64,000 bases of DNA. Origin: a virus. Taxonomy: Duplodnaviria; Caudoviricetes. The notes under the pieces were generated by a model. The model had not been told where the DNA came from. It did no database searches and was given only the letters and a program-made list of their open reading frames with translations. Below, one piece after another: positions 45,501-56,200 of this stretch (the first letter of the stretch is position 1; each line of letters opens with the position of its first letter). A program made the translations under genes and the position numbers. The stretch covers positions 96,001 to 160,000 of the IMG/VR virus record IMGVR_UViG_3300033273_000282; one strand, 5' to 3'.

Positions 45501-48500
45501 AACATACTTTGTTGTTAACGCTGTTAACGACTCGATTGGTGCTGGTGTAAGTTTCCAACTTTCTGCTACCCAAGGTGGCGCTGTTATTCCTCTGACTGCC
45601 TCTGCTTCTGGTAGTGGAGAGTCTCAAGCAATCAATGGTGTACAAGCCACCGCAACTTGTACTTTGTCGGGTGATGCTATTGCTAGCGTTACCATCACCG
45701 AACCTGGATCTTTGTATGACAGAGGTGCTGGTGTTTCTGTCCAAGAAGATGGATCGCAGTCTCCAACAACCGCTGCTACTCTGACAGTTTATATTGGGTC
45801 TCCTCTCTCTGGATTTATCATCAATAGCAGAGGTAGTGGATATAATGCTGCTCCAACAGTAAGCTTTACCAATGCTGCCGTTGATACTTATGGTGCTGGT
45901 GCTGCTGCTACAACTACCATTGGATTCCCACTCGCCCAAGAACCTGCTGGTCTAACTGTAACTAACGCAGGTGCTGGTTATGCCTTTGCTCCTCAGTATA
46001 AACTGAGTGGTGGCAATCCTGTTACAGAAGCAGTTCTGTCACCAACCCTCGATAAGAAGAAAGGTAATATCAGTTCAGTTGGTATCACTGGTTTTGGTGT
46101 TGGATATTCGTCTGCTCCTACCGTAACATTCTATGGTGGCGCTGGTGACGGAGCCAGACTCACTGTTAATGTTCAATCCTTAGATGGTACCATCACTAAT
46201 GGTGGTACTGGATACGTTGCTGGTAAGTACCAGAGTGTAGAACTTGAATATGTTTCTGGTGGTAGTGGTGCCCCTGCTAGCAATGCTACCGCAGACTTCA
46301 CTGTCGCTGGTTGGACTGGTAACGTCACCAATGCTGGTAGTGGTTATATTGACGGTCAGTATGACGGTCACGTTATGTACAACGTGCCTGCTGCTACTTA
46401 TACCGTAACGGTTATTACCAACCCTGGAGCTGCGCCACCAGATAACGTATATGTTATCAATGGTACTACCCAAGCTTCTCTTAACTTTGTTGAGGGTAAT
46501 ACTTATCGCTTTGATCAGTCTGATTCTTCCAACAGTGGTCATCCACTTCTCGCTGGTAGAGAAGATGGTGGAACCCTTTCTACTGATATTCTTGCCGTTA
46601 GTTATGGTACTCCTGGTGACGCAGGTGCCTTCACTGACATTATCGTAAAGCCAGGTACTGCTGGCGAAGTCCTTGATTATATCTGTAGCAACCATTCCAA
46701 CATGGGTGGCAGCGTTACCATTGGTACTGGTGCTGCTGGTAACTATGGTACTGGTCTTTCGGCAAATGTGACCGTCTCAGGCGGACAGATTACTGCTATT
46801 GAGTCTGCCGCTCAAGGTACTGACTACGCTGTTGGTGATACAGTTTCTGTCAATCCATATGCCATGGATACCAGTGGCGCTGGTAGTGGCTTTTTGTGGA
46901 CTCTTGCTGCTAATGACACAACTATTAGTGTCGTAGACAACATCAGTTTGACTGGTGGTCCATACGAAGTTGGCATGATTCTGTCGGTTGACGTACAGAA
47001 TGTCGGCGGCTCTGGTTCTAACTTTACCTATACTGTATCTAAAGCAGGTTTTGTAAAAGATGTTGACGTAGTTCAGGGTAGTGAAGGTTATGGATACACC
47101 GCAGGTGAAATTCTCTATCCAAGAATTGACCCAACCACAACAGGCAATGCTTTCCAACTCACTGTAGGTAGCACAACTACAACACCCGTTTGGGAATTTA
47201 CTCACGATGGTAGCATTGTAAACTCAGCATTTAATGTTGCTGGTACTAAGGACCCAACTTATGACCCAGGTACTCTGAGTCTCGGTTCTGGTGTTCCTAA
47301 GATTGTAATGGAGACCGAGTTTGGTAACATTACAACCGACGGTAACCTCACTGTTAAGGGCAATCTTACTCTTGGCGATGATGCTGCTGTTGACACAATT
47401 ACAGTTGCTGCTTCTACAACTGCTACTGGTGATACTACTCAGACTGGTGATTTCTCCCTGACAGGAGATATGACCATCGATGGTATCTTTACTCAGTCTG
47501 GTGGTGCTTCCTTCCTTGAGGAATTAACTGGTACCATTGCTGATGGTACTGCCGCTGCTCCTTCTCTGGCTCTTAACACCAGTCCCACCACTGGTTTGTT
47601 CTGGGCAGACACTGACATCATTGGAATTTCTAATGCTGGTGTTGAGACTGGCAGAATTGGTCCTGCTGCTTATGCCGTTGGAACTAGATTCCAAGTTGGT
47701 TCTAGTTCCATAACCGCATCTCCTCTCCTCGATGCTAACCCAGCAACTAACCTTGTAAGAATTGGTAGTTCTGCTAGTGGTCTTAGTATCAGTAGCACTG
47801 GACTCATTGAAGGTAATGGTACCGATGCTAATATTGGTATTACACTTCAACCAAAAGGTACAGGCAACGTTACTGTTGTTGGTGGTACTGATAAAGACTT
47901 TGTTCTGAACGATGGTACTTCTCTCGAACTGTTCAAGGTTGATTTAGATAGTGGTGACGCTAATCTTAAGGGTGGTCTGACTCTTAACAGCAGACTGGAG
48001 ATTAAAGATTACACACTCACTAACCAGTCTCTCGCTACTGCGTCCTTTGGCGAAGTCGTTTCGTTTGATACCAGTGGTACAGCAACTCTGTTTACCGATG
48101 GTAGTTTCACTAACGTCAACATTACCGCAACTGGTACTGGAAAAGGTACTGGTGGTCAGGTAGACGTTACTGTTGTCGGCGGTACTATCACTACCGTTGT
48201 TAAAGCCATTTCTGGATCTGCTGGTAGAGACTATGTTCTCGGGGATACAATTACAATTGACCCCGCTATTATCGGTACTGATCCTGCCCAGACAATCACC
48301 ATCACCGATGTTTCTGGTGCTGGTATTGACCTGAAACCACAGGCTCGTAAGAACGTTAGAATTAACGGTACAGGTACATTTGTCGTTCCCGTTGGTGGAA
48401 CAAATGATAGACCTGTCGCTGACGATCTCTACGTTGGTGGCATCAGATATAACACAACTACCTCTCAGTTTGAAGGATATAACGGCATTGACTTTGTATC

Positions 48501-49626
48501 TCTGGGTGGTGTTCGTGACGTTGACCAAGATACCTACATCCTTACTGAGGTAAGTCCTGGATCTGACGAGGATACCTTCGAGTTCTACAACGCTGGTTTT
48601 AACAGCCTGAGCATTGATGTTAATACCATCACGCTTAAGACTGCCAGAACAATGGACGTTGAGGGTACACTAACCCTTAATGGAACAACAGGTTTGGATA
48701 CGCTGGATGTTCAGCGTAAGTCTACTTCTATTGTCAAAGTAAGAACAACCAAGGATCTGGAGATCACTGGTGGTTTCTATCTCAAGAACCAGTTGGCTGC
48801 TGGTACCATTGCTAGCTTTGATGATGGTACTCTGGGTGCCTCTCCTGGATCCTTCAACAGCGCAGGTAATGTATATACTCCATCTCAAACATTTAGTGCT
48901 GTTGCTGGTGTATCTGAGTTTGCTGGATCTGGATCCACATTCGATGTTGTAACTAACGCTAGTGGTGGCATTACTAGCATCAGCATTGTTAGTGGCGGTT
49001 TTGTTTATGAGGTTGGTGAAATCATCACCATCCCAGGTGGTTTGCTTGGTGGTGGCGTTGGTTCTGATGTTACCTTCACTGTTGCTAGCATCAGCAACGC
49101 TGACGTTGCTCACGGTAAAGTTAGTGCTCTCCAGAGTGAACTTCGCTTTAACCTGAACGGCGACAAGCAATTCCTCAGCCTTGATTCTAATCTTACAGAA
49201 GCTCGACTTAAAGTCAACAGAGACTATGCCACTGGTGGGCAGAACTATCTGACAGTTCTGGACTCCACAGCAAAATTTGTTGAACTCAATGATGCCAGAG
49301 TGGAGGGTGGTGAGATTACCTCCTTCTCCACAACCGTAACTATCACCCAGTTTGAGAAGACTCAGTATAAGGGTGCTAAGACTTTGATCACTCTTGAGAG
49401 TGATGATGGTAAGGTACACATGTTTGAAGTAACAACCATCTGTGCCGCTAGTGGGACTGTGGCTCACGCTACCGTCACAAACTCCATCACATCCGACAAT
49501 GATTTGATGGATGCTTCAGTATCGGTTGCTGGCAACAACGTCCAGATTTCCTTGGCAAAATCGTCGCAGGCAACCTCTTCTTCGACCTTTACAGGTAGAT
49601 ATACAACTACCAAGGTCAAGGTATAA
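42448..49626 (+). CDS. Large tail fibre/structural protein, 2392 aa (beta-helix, LamG-like and cupredoxin-like modules)
   Basis: TRIKLK.S...VP...DLE..EVGLN N-terminus; PFLTVAKALSVAQPGDSIEIAAGSY beta-helix start; FGTANFCVETWIY...WVHIAVAR...GHLDEIRVSKG (LamG). Confidence 0.85.
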   Translation: MATRIKLKSSVTASQVPTTSDLEDREVGLNITDKKLYVNNNGTIEEVANAEPNPASVTTAMLATDITNGPGATWFVAQNGTDVTTLGGGGANGKHPDTPFLTVAKALSVAQPGDSIEIAAGSYVETFPLTIPDGVHVRGSGIRQTEIKPSGGTNDLNAFVLNGDVTVEDLTIRDFFYNSTNDTGYGFVCANNWNSERSAYIQRVTILNKGSVTSGSDPYGFQQGDAGRGAKLDGSIANSAGIEAAVLFNECTFIVPNSVGLYLTNGIRVEWLNGFIYFADEGIKGVQGATGAFGTGRTRLRLSGTSGTFAAGEEIYQLEDQFQSGTYSRSGTTVTITRNAHGLVNGDRVYADFITGTATDNFYVVGGVTTNTFTLTDSASGSTSGNVTYKKADAYGLITLNDGSYIYLSGKGEGQFTTTVEGGKTAVPNADAQADNSVKKFGTGSLLLDGTGDYVNYASEADFGFGTANFCVETWIYANALSGTQTLLDFRGSAADIAPTLRLNGGTVEYAVGGTTQISGGSLTTGTWVHIAVARFNGSTKLFVAGNQVGSTYTDTNNYGAEKGLKIGAQYDNSTNYNGHLDEIRVSKGTARFTGNFTPSSAEYGTDIFTVLLLHFNANDGATIFIDSGSAIKDIRSNGGDSATGIALVDYNQFGAELRSIASANVYGNKGVVADGNGVKLLLTAHNFAYIGAGQDFTNDGSLAAQSNEVEELNGGRVFYSSTDQKGDFRVGNVFLVDQETGNVNFSSTSTSQEAASITLSDVTGTTNIFPAYIETGNLRLAGNTVSTTSGDIIFDPAGNQDVIYNAEVVFTEGVYYDQPKSANFKTDVPGNLGFYEGQNQRRGGFNGYGVQSDTNFYLTKEQVTTVTVDTEGDGYTGGAATIDADTNPPVVCTATLTLDLQDGALKEINVTAGGDNYVSDPTVGFSAPQDAGGSTPSVSAVLFSYGDVQAITVDDGGAGYAAAPGLVIDAPGGISFDTESDISGNAIQSANHPMRNGDRVVYSQNQGAENIGLTDGTTYFVVNAVNDSIGAGVSFQLSATQGGAVIPLTASASGSGESQAINGVQATATCTLSGDAIASVTITEPGSLYDRGAGVSVQEDGSQSPTTAATLTVYIGSPLSGFIINSRGSGYNAAPTVSFTNAAVDTYGAGAAATTTIGFPLAQEPAGLTVTNAGAGYAFAPQYKLSGGNPVTEAVLSPTLDKKKGNISSVGITGFGVGYSSAPTVTFYGGAGDGARLTVNVQSLDGTITNGGTGYVAGKYQSVELEYVSGGSGAPASNATADFTVAGWTGNVTNAGSGYIDGQYDGHVMYNVPAATYTVTVITNPGAAPPDNVYVINGTTQASLNFVEGNTYRFDQSDSSNSGHPLLAGREDGGTLSTDILAVSYGTPGDAGAFTDIIVKPGTAGEVLDYICSNHSNMGGSVTIGTGAAGNYGTGLSANVTVSGGQITAIESAAQGTDYAVGDTVSVNPYAMDTSGAGSGFLWTLAANDTTISVVDNISLTGGPYEVGMILSVDVQNVGGSGSNFTYTVSKAGFVKDVDVVQGSEGYGYTAGEILYPRIDPTTTGNAFQLTVGSTTTTPVWEFTHDGSIVNSAFNVAGTKDPTYDPGTLSLGSGVPKIVMETEFGNITTDGNLTVKGNLTLGDDAAVDTITVAASTTATGDTTQTGDFSLTGDMTIDGIFTQSGGASFLEELTGTIADGTAAAPSLALNTSPTTGLFWADTDIIGISNAGVETGRIGPAAYAVGTRFQVGSSSITASPLLDANPATNLVRIGSSASGLSISSTGLIEGNGTDANIGITLQPKGTGNVTVVGGTDKDFVLNDGTSLELFKVDLDSGDANLKGGLTLNSRLEIKDYTLTNQSLATASFGEVVSFDTSGTATLFTDGSFTNVNITATGTGKGTGGQVDVTVVGGTITTVVKAISGSAGRDYVLGDTITIDPAIIGTDPAQTITITDVSGAGIDLKPQARKNVRINGTGTFVVPVGGTNDRPVADDLYVGGIRYNTTTSQFEGYNGIDFVSLGGVRDVDQDTYILTEVSPGSDEDTFEFYNAGFNSLSIDVNTITLKTARTMDVEGTLTLNGTTGLDTLDVQRKSTSIVKVRTTKDLEITGGFYLKNQLAAGTIASFDDGTLGASPGSFNSAGNVYTPSQTFSAVAGVSEFAGSGSTFDVVTNASGGITSISIVSGGFVYEVGEIITIPGGLLGGGVGSDVTFTVASISNADVAHGKVSALQSELRFNLNGDKQFLSLDSNLTEARLKVNRDYATGGQNYLTVLDSTAKFVELNDARVEGGEITSFSTTVTITQFEKTQYKGAKTLITLESDDGKVHMFEVTTICAASGTVAHATVTNSITSDNDLMDASVSVAGNNVQISLAKSSQATSSSTFTGRYTTTKVKV

Positions 49627-49629
49627 ATA
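49622..49629 (+). promoter_or_regulatory. T4 late promoter TATAAATA
   Basis: Exact consensus overlapping the stop codon of the 42448 gene. Confidence 0.8.
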
Positions 49630-49649
49630 ACGAAAGGTAACCTAAAACA

Positions 49650-50186
49650 ATGGCGATTAAGAACTTTTCATCGGTAGGGGGGTTTGCCGTAGGCTCAACT
49701 GAGGTGCTCAACACCGAGTTTGAACTTAAAAATATCTCAGCCATCCACATGGTTAGTGATAATTTTAGCGATGCTACAAATGACTTGTACATTGCTAAAA
49801 GGACAACCGACCCCTCGAATACAGTTCTTCGTTTGAGCCTTGATGGTAGCACTAACATTGATACCAACACGCCAGCTTTGGGACACAATAGTGTGGCGTT
49901 TATTAAGTCTAAAATCTTTGGGCAAGAGCAAAATGACAACACCTATATCCTTGCGGGTATAGATGAGTCAGTGGTTACGGTTGATGCTAGTGGGGTCCCA
50001 ACACTTCAAGCAACTTATAAAACTGTTATTCACGAGCATCTGCCTGGTACGGAAACCTGGAGTTTTACTCCAGTAGCATTCCAAATTGGTGCTGCTGCTT
50101 ACTTCAGTTATGACGTTGAGACGGTAACTAATACCTCTACTGTAAAATGGCTTGCGATGATTGAAATCACTAATGTCACAACATAA
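49650..50186 (+). CDS. Virion structural hypothetical protein
   Basis: 178 aa, under a late promoter, between two fibre genes. Confidence 0.7.
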   Translation: MAIKNFSSVGGFAVGSTEVLNTEFELKNISAIHMVSDNFSDATNDLYIAKRTTDPSNTVLRLSLDGSTNIDTNTPALGHNSVAFIKSKIFGQEQNDNTYILAGIDESVVTVDASGVPTLQATYKTVIHEHLPGTETWSFTPVAFQIGAAAYFSYDVETVTNTSTVKWLAMIEITNVTT

Positions 50187-50206
50187 AGACTTCGGAGTAT
50201 CCTTAG

Positions 50207-53200
50207 ATGAGCTTAAGCCTTAATTCTTCACAGCAAAGACTTGAGGGTAGCGGTCTAGTCCCCCAGGGTCCCTGGACTTCCGCTACTTATGGTAGAGCTA
50301 ATGGTATCGTCACTGTTACTTCCGTTGCTCACAGATTAAACGATGAAGAAAGAATCTATATCAAGTTTGGCGAAGACCAACTTTTGAGAACGATTCCTGC
50401 TGGTCAGCATGAAATCAATGTAGTTGACGACGATACATTTACCATTACTGGTACTGGGCAGAACTTTATTGAGGCTGCTACTGCTTGTTCTTATCGTCTG
50501 GTAAGATCCTTTGTACTTAACGCCACCGACTCCATGGCGTTCACCGTTGGCACTGGAGCCAACGAAGATGATGCTGTCTTCATTAACAAAGGTCCTACTG
50601 GAAACATCCGTGTTGGTATTAACAACACTAACCCTGAGTTTGACCTCGACGTTGAAGGTCAGATCAGAACCACTCGATCCATCATTTCTGATACAGCGCA
50701 AATCAGAAACCTGGATGTTACCAACGAGTTTGTAACCAAGGGTCTGGATCTGCGTGGTCCTAACCTTATTAACTTTGAGGAAACTGATCCTACCGCTAGT
50801 GACTTCGGTACGATCTACTATCCTACTGCTGACAACCCTCCACGTCAGACACAGAATAATAGAATTGCTACAACCAAGTTCGTATATGACGTTGCTACTG
50901 CCGATAACGGCGGTCGTGTATACGTATCTTCGGTCCCTGGTATTGGTGATGACGAGAACGATGGTCGTTCCGCCGCTAAGCCAGTTCGTACTATTAAGAA
51001 GGCAGCACAGATTGCCTACTCCCTCCAGCAGGACACTGAAGTACCTGAGTACGTGTCCATCATTGTATCGGGTGGTGACTATGTTGAAGACAACCCAATC
51101 TCGCTGCCTTACAACTGCTCGCTGATTGGTGATAACCTTCGTCGTGTTATCCTGCGTCCTCTGAACCAGGATCGCCACATGATCAAGGCGTCCAACGAGA
51201 CGTATGCTGCTGGCGTTGTTTTCAGAGATCACCTCGACAACACTGGAACTCCAGACTGGACCTGGAAGTACGCTTACGTATTTGACGACAAACAGCGTCT
51301 GTACTACGAGCCTGAAATTGCTCCATTCTCCTTCTCTCCTGGTCTTGAGAACCAAGGTCGTAACCTTTTTGCTATCACCTTTGAGAACCATACTGGTGAT
51401 AACACAACCCTTCTCGTCGGTTATGCCGTTGAGGGTGGTTCTTCGTCCTCTAGAGGTATCATTGAATCTGTAGTATTCACTGGTCCCAATGCTTCTCCAT
51501 ATTCTTCTGGTACCATTCAGGTATTGATGAGTGACGATCAGTCAACATTCCTGTTGGCTGAAAAACTATACTATGCTGACATCTACGCCAACATCGTTAA
51601 GACAGGTGCTTCCCCATCTGACTCTCTTGACGTTGCTGACCGTGAATCTCAGAGACCAGAAACTGAGGTTATCAAGCACCAGAGATATCAGCACGTTATT
51701 AGTTCTGAGACTGAGACTCTGCGCTTTGATGGTACAGATCTTAATAATGTCATTGATACTACTGACAACAGAATTACAATCCCACTCCACAGATTGTATA
51801 CTGGTGCCAAGGTAATCTATAAAGTTCAGAATGAAGACGGCGCTCCCGTTGAGGGTCTGACTGATAACACCACTTACTTTGTTCGTGTTATCAATGACAA
51901 TACTATCGAGTTGTATGATACTTGGCTGGATGCTACAAGTCTCCAGACTACAACTGGTATTAGAAACCTGAGTGATGAAGGTAGTGGCGATGAGCACACC
52001 CTGTTCACATGTAGGGTTTCGGTCAACGACGACACTATCTACTTCCCCAACCATGGTCTGTTTACGGGCAATGGTATTTACTACCGTGCTTCTAAGGCAG
52101 GCGGTATTGGTGGTCTTAATGACAACTCTCTGATCTTTGTCTATAGAGTAGACAGCCATCACTTTAAGCTTGCTAATACTCAGGCAGATGCTACCAATAA
52201 GAACATTTCTGGTGAAGATGCTCCAGTAATTCTGCCTCTGACTTCTGAGGGTATTGGTTATCAGCGCTTTGAGAAAGCAATCAACGTTGTTGACATCTCT
52301 AGCGTAACTACTGACGTTGCTACTCAGCAAGCATACAACGGTATCATCTATGAAGTCACTGCGGCTTCTAGAGTTATTGAAGGTATTAACTTCGTTGGTC
52401 ATGACTATGAAGTCGGTCAAGAAGTACAAATCTATGGTCTTCCTTACACCGCACTGAGTTTCGGTAGCGGTGCTAGTGCTACCTATACTCAAACAGCAAA
52501 CCTGATTACAGTTACGGTCTCCAATACAGACCCAACTGTAATGAACGTTCTTTGGCCAAACCTCAAGACCCTTGGTCCTGTTGGTGGTAAGGGCGTTGGT
52601 GTTCGCATGGTCTTTGACGATGCTGGTAACACTGGACATATCAATAAGTCTTTCCACATCGCCACGTATCAAGACGGTACACTGGCTCAAACCCAGTCCG
52701 ATTTTAATGCTTATCTGGGCAGCCCATCTAACCTGGGCGCTGGTGTTGCTAGATATAATTCTTCTACTAATGAGGTTTACTTCCTCCTTAGAGCAGTAGA
52801 CTCTGCTACCAGAAGTGGTACAGTAACTGTCTTCGACAACCTTGGCGACTTCAATGGTCGTAAGTACGTTACTCATCGTATTGAGCGTGCTGACGGCTAC
52901 TCTGTTAAGTTCGTAACTAGAGGTTCTTGCTCTAGAATTGCTACGGCTCTTGACCCATCTGGTGACCAGCAGGTTTGTTCTGCTACCAACTATGCTTTGA
53001 TGTCGCTGAGGAACTCTCCTTATGCGTTCGATAAAGTAGAGTTTGGCGCTAACGTCCAAGAATCTGCTAAGCAAAGAGACGCTGCTGAGACAATCAACAA
53101 TAACCTCAGCTTCATTGCTGAGGAATCTTACGCTTATGTTAAGTCCCAGTACAACGCTGGTACTAACACAAGTTTCTCCAGAACTGGTACATACACCTGC

Positions 53201-56200
53201 TCTGGCAATGTAATGACTGTTACTTGCCCTAGAGGTTCTGCTGTATTTGCCAAGAACTCCTACGCTTTTAACTTCAGCGGTGCCACTACAGACGGTGCTT
53301 ACATCGTTGATGACTGTGAGGATCACAGAAGATTCACAATCATCCTCCCTGCTGCTAGCACGGATTCTGGTACAGTAACTATCACCATCCCTGCTCCTTG
53401 GCAGACACCAAACTCTGTTCCTCCCGTTGACAGAGCTGCTGATGGCACATCTTTGATTCTGGCTAACAAGCAACTGATTGCTCAAGAAGCAGTTGCTCGT
53501 ATGTTGATTGCTAACCCAACCTTCAACATTCCAACTGGCAACCAGGCTTGTATTGATGATGCTGTTGACTTCCTGGAAGCAATGGCATACAACCTTGCTT
53601 ACGGTGGTAACGATCAGGTCTATGATGCCGCTAAGTATTATGTTGATGGCGCTCACGTTGTAGGTGAGGAAGATGAATCTGTAGAGGTCTTCAACAACGC
53701 CAGAGACATTGCTATTCAAGTAATGCGTAACCAGACGGTTACCATCCAAGGTAGCCATGGTCTGACTCAGATTAAAGACTTTACCATCTCCCCCGACTCT
53801 GCTAACTCTGGAGTCGGTGATCGCTTCAGTGATGCTCGCAACCTGATCTACAAGAACAAAGAGTTCATTGCTGAGATCGCTGTCGGCAGATTGAATGCCA
53901 ACCTCGGATATGAGGTTGTAGATTCCAGACACATGGATGCCCACGATCTGCTGATCGCTAACCTGGACTTCATTGCTGAAGAAGCATATGCTGTTCAGTT
54001 GGCTGCCGATCCTAATCTGACCACCCCAACAGGTGATCCTCAGGATTGTATCGATGACGTTAGAGACATCCTTACCGCAGTTGCTTTCAACGTACAGCAT
54101 GGTAGCAACAACCAAGTCTGGGATGCTGCTAACCTGTATGTTGGTACACCTCACATTCAAGGTGAAGAAGCTAACTCTATTGCGATTATCAACCACGCAA
54201 GAGACATTGCTAAACTGGTAATCACCAACAGAACTCACACTAAAGTTGGTAGTCACGAATACACCCAGTCCTTCGATACCACCATCACCCACGATCAATC
54301 TGCTTCTGGTGGCGCTTACAGTTCTGCTGATTGCGCTAACGTCCAGAGCACCATTGATTCTCTGATGCTGATCGTTACCGATGCGATCACCAACCAGACT
54401 CTGAATGGTGTTACTAAGACTACCCCTGCTACCTTCTCCGTTCCAACTGGCAACCAGTCCTGTATTGATGACATCATCAATATTCTGGAAGTTGCTTCCT
54501 GGAACTTGGCTATGGGTGGCAACGACTTCACCTATGATGCTGCTAACCTGTACATCACAGGCAACCACGTCGTTGGCGAAGAGAACCACTCCATCTATGC
54601 TTTCCGTCAGGCAAGAGATATTGCCATCGAGTGTTTCCAGAATGAAGATGTAACTACTGGTGGATACACCCAACGCACTCAATTTAAGGATCTTACGATC
54701 ACTCAGGACACAGGTCTTCCAATCTGTGCTAACGTAATCGCATCACTTACTGCGTTGATGAACGTTGTTGAAGTTGCTATTGATACCCAGTCTCTGTCTT
54801 CTTTTACTAGAACGGATTCTTACGCAAACAGATGTTCTGACACTGCTGCTGCCATCACCTCTCTGACTGGTGTTGTTACAGGTGCTATTGGTAGCACTGG
54901 TAACCCTGGTAGCCTGAGTGGTGTTGTTAGAACATATCCAGTTAGCGACCAACAGTGTATTGATGACGTATATCACGTACTCCGTGCTTGGATGTACGAC
55001 ATGCGTTATGGCGGTAACTCCAAGACTATTGAAGCCGCACAGAAGTACATCCAAGGTACTAACGTTAACTACGTTACTAATGAAGTACCTCAAACTCGTG
55101 AGGTATATACAAGAGCCGAGCAACTTGCTACTCTTGCTATTCGTAACCAACTCCCTCAGGGTGAGTTCTCGCAGATTGCTCCATTCCACAACGCATCTAC
55201 AACAGTTGATAGCAACCAACCCGAGTGTGGTGCTTCTATCACCTTCCTGAATGGTCTTGCTACCATTCTGGATGACGCGCTGTCAACTGCTGGAACATCA
55301 CTTTCCAATGTTACTCTCACCGAGCCAAGCACACTCCTGAAAGATGACAGTGGACTTAAGATTGTCCCAATGTTGGCTGACAACCTTGACCTACCTGTTA
55401 TTGAGGCATCGCCTTACATCCAGAACGCATCGCTGATTTCGTTCCTGGGTGCGTCTGGTGCTGAGATCGATGGTGCTAAGGTTGCTTCTCCCAACGTTCC
55501 CCGTCCTGGTGTATTCCTCGACGGTAACGGTGTTGAGCGTTCTACTTTCCCACCTCAGGGTAAGTCGATGGTTGCCAACGCCTTCACGATCATCTCGGTC
55601 AACGGCGGTGTTGGATATAACATTCTGAACGATGGTTACACCCAGCTGGTGTCGGTCTTTGTCATCTTCGGTGGAGATGGTGTTATTGTTCAGTCTGGTG
55701 GTTATGCCTCACTGACTAACTCTGCTTCTAACTTTGGTACCCGTGCTCTGAAGGCAACTGGTTACCGTTCTGAGGCTTATGAGTTTGACGTTGGTACCGT
55801 AACCCAGATCAGAAACCAAACAGACAACAACGGTGCTCAAACTGGTCGTCAGATCATTGAGGTCGGTGGTCCTATCACCAACTTCCCTGTTGAAGACTAT
55901 ATCATCAAATTTGAAGGATTTAGAAATTCTGATCCTGCTAAGGAATACTTCGTCCTTGGTACGGAACAACTGTCTGGTTCGATCGGTACTCAGATTACCG
56001 CTAACGTTACTACTAACGACGGTCTGGGTCTTGATCTGATCAGAGAGTCCGATAGCACAAACGTGTCGTTCCAGAACGGCAACCTGGATCTGCTGAACAA
56101 TGCGGTCATCAAATTCCACAGACCTTCGATCTGTAACTCCTCCTCCCACACCTGGGAATATGTTGGTGCTGGTGATACCTATAACGCTCTGCCTCAAAAC

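Noticed and set aside
28223-54058. Shared repeat as a DGR template/variable repeat pair
   Set aside because: The mismatch is T/C rather than adenine-specific, both copies are internal coding sequence, and there is no reverse transcriptase in the window.
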